Below are positions 11,535 through 19,721 of a DNA stretch of 24,934 nucleotides, piece by piece. Numbering within the stretch: position 1 is the first letter of the stretch; each line of letters starts with the position of its first letter. Source of the DNA: a virus (Duplodnaviria; Caudoviricetes); IMG/VR virus record IMGVR_UViG_3300027702_000005, positions 1-24,934 of that record. One strand, given 5' to 3'. The notes under the pieces were generated by a model. The model saw only the letters and a program-made list of their open reading frames with translations. It was not told the origin of the DNA and searched no databases. A program made the position numbers and the translations under genes.

Positions 11535-12002
11535 TTATGCAATAGTGTAAGAATTACCACCTAAAACAACCCAACCATATGTTGAACCAGTATACAACAT
11601 TTGTACACTGTCACCAGCTGAATCAAGTTGCACATATGAACCACCAGTAAAAGTACCAGATGGAGTCACTCTTGCGTTAGCACCACCATCGGATACTAAT
11701 ACAATATACTTGACTTGTCCAGTTGAACCATTTCCTAAAGTTAGGATATCTGTTCCACTTGAACTTGAAGTACAATAGTGTGCAAACTTACCTACTGTTG
11801 CAGTTGCAGCGTTTGAACTGAATGATACAGCTTCTGCTGATTGTGCAAATCCTAGGTAGTCTGGAAGGTTATTTAAAACATTACTGACTGAAACCTTTTT
11901 GTTTACTGGAGTTCCAGCTGGGTCGTCAATAACATGAAGCAAGTCTTCACCTGCGATGCCTGTACCTAAATCCGATAAGGCCGTTACTTTTTTATCTGCC
12001 AT
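11535..12002 (-). CDS. Small virion structural or fibre-associated protein (155 aa)
   Basis: [13 protein letters not shown]-terminus is a type often seen in phage fibre/adaptor proteins; Gly/Ser/Thr-rich beta C-terminus; GAGG RBS; inside the baseplate operon. Confidence 0.6.
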   Translation of the reverse strand: MADKKVTALSDLGTGIAGEDLLHVIDDPAGTPVNKKVSVSNVLNNLPDYLGFAQSAEAVSFSSNAATATVGKFAHYCTSSSSGTDILTLGNGSTGQVKYIVLVSDGGANARVTPSGTFTGGSYVQLDSAGDSVQMLYTGSTYGWVVLGGNSYTIA

Positions 12003-12031
12003 TTTAGTTTCCTCTCTAATTAAGCATTGTT

Positions 12032-12050
12032 AAAACCCACACCATGTGGG
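12032..12050 (-). terminator. Putative intrinsic terminator/attenuator after gp6
   Basis: Minus strand CCCACA-TGG-TGTGGG stem followed by TTTT. A second hairpin (TTCATG/CATGAA, 12059-12076) precedes it. Confidence 0.5.
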
Positions 12051-12083
12051 AATTCTACTTCATGCATACACATGAATCATAGT

Positions 12084-13955
12084 TTAGGAGTAACTAGACG
12101 AGGATGTATATCCCACCCCAGCACTCGTATCACCAGATGCGATGGTGTCTGTTGCACCAGTCACACTTATCAATGCAGTATTGATATCTAGAAGATTACT
12201 TCTAAATGCAACACTGTCATTTGAATTCGGTTTCACTGTAAAGTGAATTGTTTCGTTGGTATTAGATGTCCCTGTAATATTAATACCTGTTGTTGTAATT
12301 TTTCCAGTGGAATAATTTACTGTTCCTGCTTGGTTGTCTGCATAAATTCTTTCTGCACCACTGAATGAATATCTTCTAAGATTTCCATTTCCATCGTCAT
12401 CATAGTAGAAGGTATCTGTAAATCCAGATACAAGGAATCCTGTAGTATCTAATATACCACCACCAGCTTTGTTGTGTCCACTATGAGGATTGTAAAAGGC
12501 ATTACCACTACCAAAGTCGATAGTGTATCCTTTACTCTGACCGAAAGTCGGAGTTATTGTTTTACGAAGTTTGACAGTTGTGATATTCGAAAGAATCGAG
12601 GATTCTGCACTGTCTATGTCTTTTGCTAGAACTGAGTGCCTAAAGATACCATCAAACCCACTTAGATAAGTACTGTCGTGTGTAACGATTGCAGCCCTTA
12701 CAAGTGTTTCTAGTTCAGATACAGTCTTTGTTGTTGCTCTAGGATTGTACTTAAATGTAGTATTCACTAAAATGTCTATGACATCTGCATCAATCAATTC
12801 TGGTCTGACTGTTAACATATTTAGTCTTTTTAATTTGTCTCTAAGTAAAACTTTCTCAGAACTTGTTAATTTATTTACATTCTGTGAAGGTTTAATTGCA
12901 ATGAATATTTTTCCATATTGTGGTGGATTGTTATCTTCACCACCCCAGACTGAAATAGAATCTGCGCCTGGATATAAAGTTTGTAGTTTTGATTTATAAT
13001 CGTCTACTGTAACTAATCTATTTTGTGAAGTATAGAATTTAGAAGCTGCAAACTTAATTGAGTCAACTGATTCTTTTCCTTTACCACCAGAAGAATTTAT
13101 TTTGGTTATTAATGTAACATCATTATTACCACCAACTGAATCAGTCATAGTAAATGAAGATGCACCATCTGTATGAACTTCATTGGTAACAAGATACGAG
13201 ATTGTAATTGTATCTCCATCTAAAGGTTCTGCACTGACAACACCATCACCAAAGTAGACTTCAAATAATCCTTGGTCGTTTTCTTGTACATACCATACTG
13301 TACTGTTTGAATTTACTGCACTTATATCTGTTGACCTTGACCATGCAGAAGATGAACCACTTGTTGATTGTATTGTAACTGTGATACTAGAAGTATCTAC
13401 TAGGTCTTCTGTAAGTGGAAATCTTTGATTTTGTATTTGACCATTGTATGCAAAGATATCAGAATTCATTGTACCTTGAGAAATTGGAAGGTTCTCAAAT
13501 TTAAATACACTGTTTACTGGAGTAATTGTTTTTGATTCTAATAGTACATAAGGATAACTAAATCCATCAAATACTGTTTTAAATTTATGTCCTCTATTAA
13601 GAGTTAATGATGTTGGTGTATTACCACCAATCAAAGGATTGTTAACCTGTAAATCTATTGTTGCTGACGAAGCAGTTGCACTAGTAGGAGTATAACCAAT
13701 TTCCTTTGCACGAGATACTACATTCTTTCTTATTTGTGCAGTATCCAAGAACAACTCAGATGCAACCATGTTTGCATTAAAAGCTGAGACATGAGAACTA
13801 TATGCAAGAAGGTCAATTAATATACTAATATTACTTCCTTCAAAGTCATAGTCTTTAAGAGTCGATTGACCCTTTAAATAGTTTTTTAAATTTTTTGCAA
13901 TATCATCGAAATCTAAATCGGTGATATTGACTTGGGAACTTTTTACTGTGGCCAT
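12084..13955 (-). CDS. gp6: Baseplate wedge subunit gp6
   Basis: LDFDDIAKNLKNYLK, DYDFEGSNISILIDLLAY, ELFLDTAQIRKNVVSRAKEIGYTP, FGDGV, SQNRLVTVDDY and WGGEDNNPPQYGKIFI motifs. Confidence 0.95.
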   Translation of the reverse strand: MATVKSSQVNITDLDFDDIAKNLKNYLKGQSTLKDYDFEGSNISILIDLLAYSSHVSAFNANMVASELFLDTAQIRKNVVSRAKEIGYTPTSATASSATIDLQVNNPLIGGNTPTSLTLNRGHKFKTVFDGFSYPYVLLESKTITPVNSVFKFENLPISQGTMNSDIFAYNGQIQNQRFPLTEDLVDTSSITVTIQSTSGSSSAWSRSTDISAVNSNSTVWYVQENDQGLFEVYFGDGVVSAEPLDGDTITISYLVTNEVHTDGASSFTMTDSVGGNNDVTLITKINSSGGKGKESVDSIKFAASKFYTSQNRLVTVDDYKSKLQTLYPGADSISVWGGEDNNPPQYGKIFIAIKPSQNVNKLTSSEKVLLRDKLKRLNMLTVRPELIDADVIDILVNTTFKYNPRATTKTVSELETLVRAAIVTHDSTYLSGFDGIFRHSVLAKDIDSAESSILSNITTVKLRKTITPTFGQSKGYTIDFGSGNAFYNPHSGHNKAGGGILDTTGFLVSGFTDTFYYDDDGNGNLRRYSFSGAERIYADNQAGTVNYSTGKITTTGINITGTSNTNETIHFTVKPNSNDSVAFRSNLLDINTALISVTGATDTIASGDTSAGVGYTSSSSYS

Positions 13956-14365
13956 TATCGTACTCTCTGTAATATTACTTCAACTTCTTGAGGTTCTTGT
14001 ACACCCCTAATTCCATAATGTAAATTTATAAACATATTATTTGATTTGTCTTCATTTAAATATATTGTTTCTATTTGAACTCTAGGTTCATAAGCTTCTA
14101 TTGCTTCTGTTATTTGTTTTCTTATTTCAAACTTAGTTATATCATCTGCAAGTTCAAATAAAAGACTTCTTAAGTTTGCACCAAAATTAGGTCTAAAAGG
14201 TCGTTCATAATTATTGGTTAACATAATATTTCTTAGTGACCTTTTAACTGCATCCTTATCGTACTTGAGAGTCAAGTCTTTAGAAGAAGGATGTGGTGTT
14301 AGATTTAAATCAATATCTGTATACCATCTTCTTGCAGTTATTTTATTTTGATTTTGTAAACTCAT
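13955..14365 (-). CDS. gp25: Baseplate wedge subunit gp25
   Basis: YTDIDLNL..HP, AVKRSLRNIMLT...ERPFRPNFG and YEPRV motifs; TAATG overlap with the gp6 start. Confidence 0.95.
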   Translation of the reverse strand: MSLQNQNKITARRWYTDIDLNLTPHPSSKDLTLKYDKDAVKRSLRNIMLTNNYERPFRPNFGANLRSLLFELADDITKFEIRKQITEAIEAYEPRVQIETIYLNEDKSNNMFINLHYGIRGVQEPQEVEVILQRVR

Positions 14366-14370
14366 AATAG

Positions 14371-14378
14371 TATTTATG
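14371..14378 (-). promoter_or_regulatory. Late promoter variant CATAAATA, 5 nt upstream of the gp25 ATG
   Basis: One mismatch to TATAAATA; overlaps the stop codon of the upstream 357-aa ORF. Confidence 0.6.
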
Positions 14379-15447
14379 CACCTTCAAGAGTTAGTTCTAC
14401 AACATCTATTTGTTTTGGAAAACCAAGTAATGATAAGAATGTACATAGAGTAAATGGTATCGGTATCTCTGGTGGTATAAAGTATTGAATAAGTTCTGTA
14501 AGTTTTGCAAGACAGGCTTCAAGTAATATTTGAGGTAAGTCTTTTATAAAAGTTTTAAATCTCTCAAACAATCTTTGTTCATCCCATCTAGGAAAGTCTA
14601 TCTTTTTATGTTCTCCTGTTTTACCTAAATCAATTAAATCACCTAGGGTTTCTGGTAAGACATCTTCTAGTCCCAACATTTCTGCTGGAATATCTGCTAC
14701 AAAAGGTATCTCAGTTTGTAATAATAATTCTTTTAATTCTAATCCTTCTTTCTCTGCTTGTTCTCTTAACTTCTTAAATAATGCATCTGCATCAAACTCA
14801 TATCCACCTTTAGGAAAGGATGCAATTAATTCTAAGAAGAATCCTATAGGGTCTGGTAAAGATTCTATAATAGTTTCAAGAGGTTCTTTATCTAGTAACT
14901 TTGCCATTGCACTCATTCCACCAGTCATAAAGATTTTCTTGAGTTCCTCAATCATTTCCTTCCATGCTTTTGCAAGTTTAATCTTTGGAATATCAATACC
15001 AAAATCACCATTCCAACTCTCTGCACTAAAGTCTTCCATGAGTCCTTCAATAACATCTAGACCTAAACTCTTTTCTAGTTCATCAAGTAATTCTGCTTTA
15101 TAACTAGGGTCTTCAAATAATCTTTTACAATCTACTTCTATACCAAATGGTGGAACAACAACTGTTAATGCAACTCCTAAGAACTCTGCAATTTTAACAA
15201 TCGGATATAATTTAAATTCCTCAATGATTGCTTGTATTTTACCTTCCCATTCTAGTTCAGGCCAATCTAAATCATCTGGCCAAGTATGAGATAAAGGGAA
15301 TGCACCTAATATTTCTTCGATGGGTTTAATATATTCCCACCCATAAGTATTCCCAATAAAGATTATTATTTTTTCTAGGTCATCTGCACTTGGAATTAAT
15401 ACTTCTGGACAATCGACTGCAACTGGTTTTTTATTTTCTTCTGACAT
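14374..15447 (-). CDS. Hypothetical acidic protein (357 aa) between gp5 and gp25
   Basis: Long ORF packed tightly between gp5 and gp25; Glu/Leu/Ile/Pro-rich; no motif I recognise. Confidence 0.75.
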   Translation of the reverse strand: MSEENKKPVAVDCPEVLIPSADDLEKIIIFIGNTYGWEYIKPIEEILGAFPLSHTWPDDLDWPELEWEGKIQAIIEEFKLYPIVKIAEFLGVALTVVVPPFGIEVDCKRLFEDPSYKAELLDELEKSLGLDVIEGLMEDFSAESWNGDFGIDIPKIKLAKAWKEMIEELKKIFMTGGMSAMAKLLDKEPLETIIESLPDPIGFFLELIASFPKGGYEFDADALFKKLREQAEKEGLELKELLLQTEIPFVADIPAEMLGLEDVLPETLGDLIDLGKTGEHKKIDFPRWDEQRLFERFKTFIKDLPQILLEACLAKLTELIQYFIPPEIPIPFTLCTFLSLLGFPKQIDVVELTLEGA

Positions 15448-15449
15448 AT

Positions 15450-16574
15450 TTAATCAAACTTAGTACCATTAATAGAAACTTTACCTTTTATTTTTACTGC
15501 ACCTTTAGCTGTAATACTTGTATCACCATCGGTAGTAATAAAAACATTACCACCATCTTTAGTAGTACCTTTATTTGTAATTAAATTATAATCACCATTT
15601 GCAAGTTCTATATCTGCACTCCCACCAATTAATATTTTTTTATCTTTTAAAGTAATCTCATAAGAGTCATTGACTATTTTCATAGTTTGAGAACCATCTG
15701 GTAATATTTCTAAACGAGTCCCAGACCTATGATACATATGTAATCTTTCGGATGCTGGTGTGTCATCCATTTCCAGAACATGTCCAGATTCGGATTCAAG
15801 GACATGATTAAAAGGATATACTGGATTTACTACATCATCATCTCTGGTTAATTCTTTGACTGTATTACCCTTAGACCTTTCAATCATATTATTCGGATAA
15901 TTATTTTGTCCACCAGTGGTTGCAATTTTATTAACATCGGTGCTAGAATCTTTCGTATAAGTCTCTTTTGGATATCTTACACCTTTATCTGGATTATTAA
16001 TCTTAGTACCAGAACCATCTAACTTCTGGTCTAAACTAGTAGGAATCCTAGGGAAGACATCAAGTCCTCTGGTAAGTTCCCAGTTACGACCACTCCCACT
16101 ATTCTTTGCACCATCAATAGAGTCTACATAATCACTGTCTTCTCCTAGACTTGGTGGAATAAGTGTTGCTGGTTTACCAGAACTGTCTCTACGCGGGTCA
16201 TTAAACCCATGGTCGGCACTACGACCAATTGCAGCGTCTCCATCACCATTCGGTATTTTCCATTTATCACTCGGTAACCCAAACAGTGAACCCATGACCA
16301 CAAAGTCTTGCATATCAGATTCATCTCGGAACATTCCCATGACAGTCGTACCTTCGACCAATCCATGTGGAGAAAGTCCCAGACCAGACAAGGATGCTGT
16401 AGAGGTCGGCATAAGGACATCACACCAAGGTAAGTCTGGAGTCCCAATGAGACTCTTATCATCGGTATGTAAGCCATAAATTCGGACACGCACTCGACCA
16501 ACTTGTAATGGGTCGTTTCGGTCTTCGACTACTCCTGTAAAGAAGTTTGATTGTAATCCTGTAAATTTCGGCAT
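15450..16574 (-). CDS. gp5: Baseplate central spike gp5 (N-terminal OB fold plus short beta-helix; no lysozyme domain evident)
   Basis: FFTGVVEDRNDPLQVGRVRVRIYGLH, DLPW, GLVEGTTVMGMFRD and YPFNHVLESESGHVLEMDDTP..ERLHMYHRSGT motifs. Confidence 0.92.
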   Translation of the reverse strand: MPKFTGLQSNFFTGVVEDRNDPLQVGRVRVRIYGLHTDDKSLIGTPDLPWCDVLMPTSTASLSGLGLSPHGLVEGTTVMGMFRDESDMQDFVVMGSLFGLPSDKWKIPNGDGDAAIGRSADHGFNDPRRDSSGKPATLIPPSLGEDSDYVDSIDGAKNSGSGRNWELTRGLDVFPRIPTSLDQKLDGSGTKINNPDKGVRYPKETYTKDSSTDVNKIATTGGQNNYPNNMIERSKGNTVKELTRDDDVVNPVYPFNHVLESESGHVLEMDDTPASERLHMYHRSGTRLEILPDGSQTMKIVNDSYEITLKDKKILIGGSADIELANGDYNLITNKGTTKDGGNVFITTDGDTSITAKGAVKIKGKVSINGTKFD

Positions 16575-16960
16575 TAATTTAATCCTAGTAATTCCCTGTA
16601 GAGTTTATCTTTAGGGTCTATTATTTTAACTGTCGGTTCATGGACTAATTTACCCTGTTGCAGAGTTTCCATGTTATCGTCCAGTTGTATATACGAACAA
16701 ATAATCAGTTCGTCTCCCACTTCGGTCAAATGAGCACCAGCACCATTGACTGAGACCTCATTTGAACCTCTGGGTAATGGTAGGACATAAGTCGTATGTC
16801 GGTTACCATTGGTTTTATTATAGACATCTACCTGTTCATGTATAAGGAGTCCCACCTCATCCATCCAGTCTTCGTCTATGAGTATAGAACCCTCATAGTC
16901 TAAGTCTACATCTGTACAAACACATCCATGTATCTTTGCATTTAAAAAGGTTCTAATCAT
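16574..16960 (-). CDS. panD: Aspartate 1-decarboxylase proenzyme (pyruvoyl-dependent), 128 aa
   Basis: From ATG 16960 (RBS AAGGAAG) the protein is colinear with E. coli PanD numbering: K9, H11, Y22-E23-G24|S25 self-cleavage site, N51-G52, R54, T57, Y58 and N72-G73-A74. The track's longer start at 16996 is unlikely. Confidence 0.93.
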   Translation of the reverse strand: MIRTFLNAKIHGCVCTDVDLDYEGSILIDEDWMDEVGLLIHEQVDVYNKTNGNRHTTYVLPLPRGSNEVSVNGAGAHLTEVGDELIICSYIQLDDNMETLQQGKLVHEPTVKIIDPKDKLYRELLGLN

Positions 16961-16961
16961 A

Positions 16962-17132
16962 CTAACTTCCTTGTATCCAACACACTGGGTAAACACACCA
17001 ATAAGGATTAAATATTCCTAACATCCATAATATTAATATGAATAAAGGTATCTGTACCCAGAGTTTATTCTTCGACCACTCTCTAAATCTTAGAGCGTGT
17101 GGTACGAGTTTATTATATATCCAATTCGTCAT
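16962..17132 (-). CDS. Small membrane protein (56 aa)
   Basis: MTNWIYNKLVPHALRFREWSKNKLWVQIPLFILILWMLGIFNPYWCVYPVCWIQGS; one hydrophobic segment; TAATG coupling to the upstream 46-aa ORF; ends 1 nt before the panD ATG. Confidence 0.65.
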   Translation of the reverse strand: MTNWIYNKLVPHALRFREWSKNKLWVQIPLFILILWMLGIFNPYWCVYPVCWIQGS

Positions 17133-17272
17133 TAAAATATCCAAAATAATAAGGTAGTAATTATTACTCCTTTCATAAAACAAATCCATGACAATTCATA
17201 AGTATCTATTTCCATTAAATCAATAAATTTATACATCATTTCTTTATGTGCATTCATTATTTTTTCTAACAT
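17132..17272 (-). CDS. Small protein with a hydrophobic C-terminus (46 aa)
   Basis: Below the ORF-track cutoff. Strong AGGAG RBS, then MLEKIMNAHKEMMYKFIDLMEIDTYELSWICFMKGVIITTLLFWIF*; the stop overlaps the next ATG. Confidence 0.7.
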   Translation of the reverse strand: MLEKIMNAHKEMMYKFIDLMEIDTYELSWICFMKGVIITTLLFWIF

Positions 17273-17300
17273 ATATTTCTCCTATGTTTATTCCATTATA

Positions 17301-17308
17301 TATTTAGT
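17301..17308 (-). promoter_or_regulatory. Possible late promoter variant ACTAAATA upstream of the 46-aa/56-aa/panD/gp5 operon
   Basis: TAAATA core 28 nt upstream of the first ATG; the same variant occurs upstream of gp8. Confidence 0.45.
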
Positions 17309-17460
17309 AGGAGTCCCAGAATATAATCTAGGAGTCCCATACTAATAAAAATATTTTTACTATTTCTAATAAAAACTTCCTACGACATTAAAGGGGCTGC
17401 TAAAAGGCATCCAAAAAAAGTCTAGGAGTCCCAAAACACTGTGGCTGAGAGGGCTGCTAA
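17308..17460. repeat. Intergenic direct repeats: 3x TAGGAGTCCCA, 2x GGGCTGCTAA, 2x CTAATAAAAA, plus the palindrome TAAAAATATTTTTA
   Basis: TAGGAGTCCCA at 17308, 17329 and 17423; GGGCTGCTAA at 17394 and 17451; CTAATAAAAA at 17342 and 17366; palindrome at 17346-17359. Confidence 0.85.
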
Positions 17461-18962
17461 TATTGTGCATCTGGTTCGTGGTCTAAATGTGTCTCAGTTA
17501 CTACTTGGTAACCATCTGTGGTGCATGAGAGTTGTGTCTCTAAGGCATCTCCTGTCCCTCTCCAAGTAATACCTTCTACCAGCATCTTACCATTATGTGT
17601 TATCTCATCCTTTACTGTGGTAGTAGGGGTTGCTTGTTTTAAATCTATATTAATCACCATACCACATGAGATATTAGTCCTACCAGATATCTGGATGTTC
17701 ACACGATTACTCTCAAAGAGTTTCTCAACCCTCTCTCTATTTAATTTAGTACTCTCAGTCCCATACATTGCACTGTTACCACTCTGAGATACTCCTTGAC
17801 CCATGGAATAAGGTGTATTATAATCAAAGGTAACTGCAGCGCCTGAGTTTTCTATGATGCTATCACCCTTATATGCAACTGAAGCGGTATCTAAGACGCT
17901 TCCAGTACCCCCATCTGGTGGTATTCTGATAGATTCTGCACCTAATCGGAAGTTAGGAGACACACTGAGGGCGCTTTTCTTGTACTCTCCCTTCTTTTTA
18001 CCCTCTTTTAAAGGAAATTGTTGAGTAAATTGACTGTCAATAGTCGTTAAAGTCTTAGTGATAGGGTTATATACCTCTATAGAACCCCCATAGACACCGC
18101 TAGAGTGGTTCTTTAAGACATTATGAGTGTCAGTCTTAGTGTATGCAAGTATGTCATTCCCGCGTCCTTCGGTAAAGTCGTAATTAAAGGAGTCATCTCC
18201 ATCACCCATACGCGGAGCAAACTTTACATCTCCCTCTAAGTACTCGAGCTTCATCATAGATTCGACATTGTGAAACTTAAAGCCATTTAATGCTGTCTGA
18301 TAGAAGTAATAAGAGTCGCCCCAAGGAACATCTGTGTCATCTGAGGTGTGGTCTCTCAGCCACTCTAAGGTTTTATACACTGACCAATTAGGAACAAGGA
18401 CTGAGGTTTCATCTCCCTCGGACTGGAAGGTACTAAAGAAGTTACCGAGTTCCTTCCCCCCTGGCGTATGCAGTTTAGCCTGCTTTTTATTCTTCTTAAA
18501 TAATAGTTTATCTTGACATATTTTATTTAATATATCCCCAGTCTTCCCTCTATACATCTGAGATATTCTCTGAGTACGACTTAAATATAATAAAGGAGAG
18601 CAGAATTCCAGCGTATATATCTGATTGGTAGGGTTCTCTATGTCTCTGTCATGTATTGCTACATTAAATATTCGGAATACTTGGTCTATTTGTTGCTCTG
18701 CTGGGACTATTTCTTCGTTTCCCTGTATACCACCGACATGTATTCGAATATATTCTTGACCAGTGAATCCGATACGATTAAAGAAGTTTGCAGTATCAGC
18801 TAGAGTAATACTACCTGTAAGAAACATCTGATAGATACTCTCAGTAATACTAAATTCCACCATCATATTACTTACTTCATATGAATTACCTTCATTGTTA
18901 CTAATAGTAATACTCTGAATCCTATACGAATTAGGTGCATTTCTTCCGACTGTAATAGGCAT
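17457..18962 (-). CDS. Baseplate hub protein, gp27-like (501 aa)
   Basis: FSITESIY..FLTGSITLAD...GFTGQEYI, YYFYQT..GFKF and C-terminal ISGRTNISCGMVINI..GKMLV motifs fit a gp27/gpD-like hub; located between gp53 and gp5. Confidence 0.7.
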   Translation of the reverse strand: MPITVGRNAPNSYRIQSITISNNEGNSYEVSNMMVEFSITESIYQMFLTGSITLADTANFFNRIGFTGQEYIRIHVGGIQGNEEIVPAEQQIDQVFRIFNVAIHDRDIENPTNQIYTLEFCSPLLYLSRTQRISQMYRGKTGDILNKICQDKLLFKKNKKQAKLHTPGGKELGNFFSTFQSEGDETSVLVPNWSVYKTLEWLRDHTSDDTDVPWGDSYYFYQTALNGFKFHNVESMMKLEYLEGDVKFAPRMGDGDDSFNYDFTEGRGNDILAYTKTDTHNVLKNHSSGVYGGSIEVYNPITKTLTTIDSQFTQQFPLKEGKKKGEYKKSALSVSPNFRLGAESIRIPPDGGTGSVLDTASVAYKGDSIIENSGAAVTFDYNTPYSMGQGVSQSGNSAMYGTESTKLNRERVEKLFESNRVNIQISGRTNISCGMVINIDLKQATPTTTVKDEITHNGKMLVEGITWRGTGDALETQLSCTTDGYQVVTETHLDHEPDAQY

Positions 18963-18968
18963 CTCTGA

Positions 18969-19721
18969 TTATTCTCTTATCATACTCTTGAATTCTCTGA
19001 GTATTTGGGGTACATAGTCAACTTTAATATACCTTATAGACCTCTTGGAATCATTGAGTTCTTGTTCATAGTCGTGATTAGAGACACTTGTAGTACTCTC
19101 TGAGGTAGTCTTATTGCCATCTGAGTTGATATAATGGTGTGGACTATCTGCAAAATTCCGAACCGAACTGAGAGTAAAACTCTTGTTCGACTGGGAGCCT
19201 GTGACTGTTTCATTATCTTGGAATACACCTTGGACATCATTGAGAATTAATTGTTTGTTGGTAGGGTCTATATTGATGACAAATCCAAATGCCGAACTGG
19301 TAGAACCTACTACCTTCTCTCCCATGGTGAAAGTATGTGGAATAGGTTGATTATTTTCATCTGTATCTGGGTTCTTTGTGATATCTGTCGAAACCGAACT
19401 GACTAATGCCTTGCCTGAGTATTTTCTTTTAATAAATTTTTCTAAGACCGATTGAGATTTGGGCCAATCGTTGTAGGTTGCAAGAGTATCATTCACCATC
19501 CAGAATAACCAATATAAGGTTGCATCTCCATAGAGTTTAGTTGCAAGGACATCTGGTCTGTCTTGGTCATTAATATAATAATATTCATACCCTGTAATTG
19601 CCTCATCGGTGTCTGTAGACACTCTAATATTACGAAAGATATCCTTTGCTTCAATTAAATTACCATCATTCTTGACATCAAAGTCAATAGTTGGATAGTG
19701 TTTAAAGTATTTTTCTGCCAT
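18969..19721 (-). CDS. gp53: Baseplate wedge component gp53
   Basis: YFKHYPTIDF, DRPDVLATKLYGDATLYWLF..N...YNDWP, PHHY and YEQELNDSKRSIR motifs. Confidence 0.92.
   Translation of the reverse strand: MAEKYFKHYPTIDFDVKNDGNLIEAKDIFRNIRVSTDTDEAITGYEYYYINDQDRPDVLATKLYGDATLYWLFWMVNDTLATYNDWPKSQSVLEKFIKRKYSGKALVSSVSTDITKNPDTDENNQPIPHTFTMGEKVVGSTSSAFGFVINIDPTNKQLILNDVQGVFQDNETVTGSQSNKSFTLSSVRNFADSPHHYINSDGNKTTSESTTSVSNHDYEQELNDSKRSIRYIKVDYVPQILREFKSMIRE

Noticed and set aside
595-12999. Many 60-140 aa plus-strand ORFs in the track (e.g. 823-1248, 5862-6167, 8284-8562)
   Set aside because: They are antisense shadows of long minus-strand structural genes, with no recognisable motifs.
16145-16501. 118-aa same-strand alternative-frame ORF inside gp5, as a possible overlapping gene
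   Set aside because: It has a TTG start, no clear RBS and no motif, and is probably a by-product of locally high GC. It cannot be fully excluded without Ribo-seq.
16961-16996. 12-aa N-terminal extension of PanD given by the track
   Set aside because: ATG 16960 has an RBS and restores exact PanD numbering; the extension overlaps the upstream gene.
17133-17189. Longer start for the 56-aa membrane ORF (75 aa in the track)
   Set aside because: It overlaps the 46-aa ORF that has a strong RBS; TAATG coupling favours a start at 17132.
17308-17433. CRISPR mini-array
   Set aside because: The repeats are only 11-13 bp with irregular spacing, and there are no cas genes in the window.
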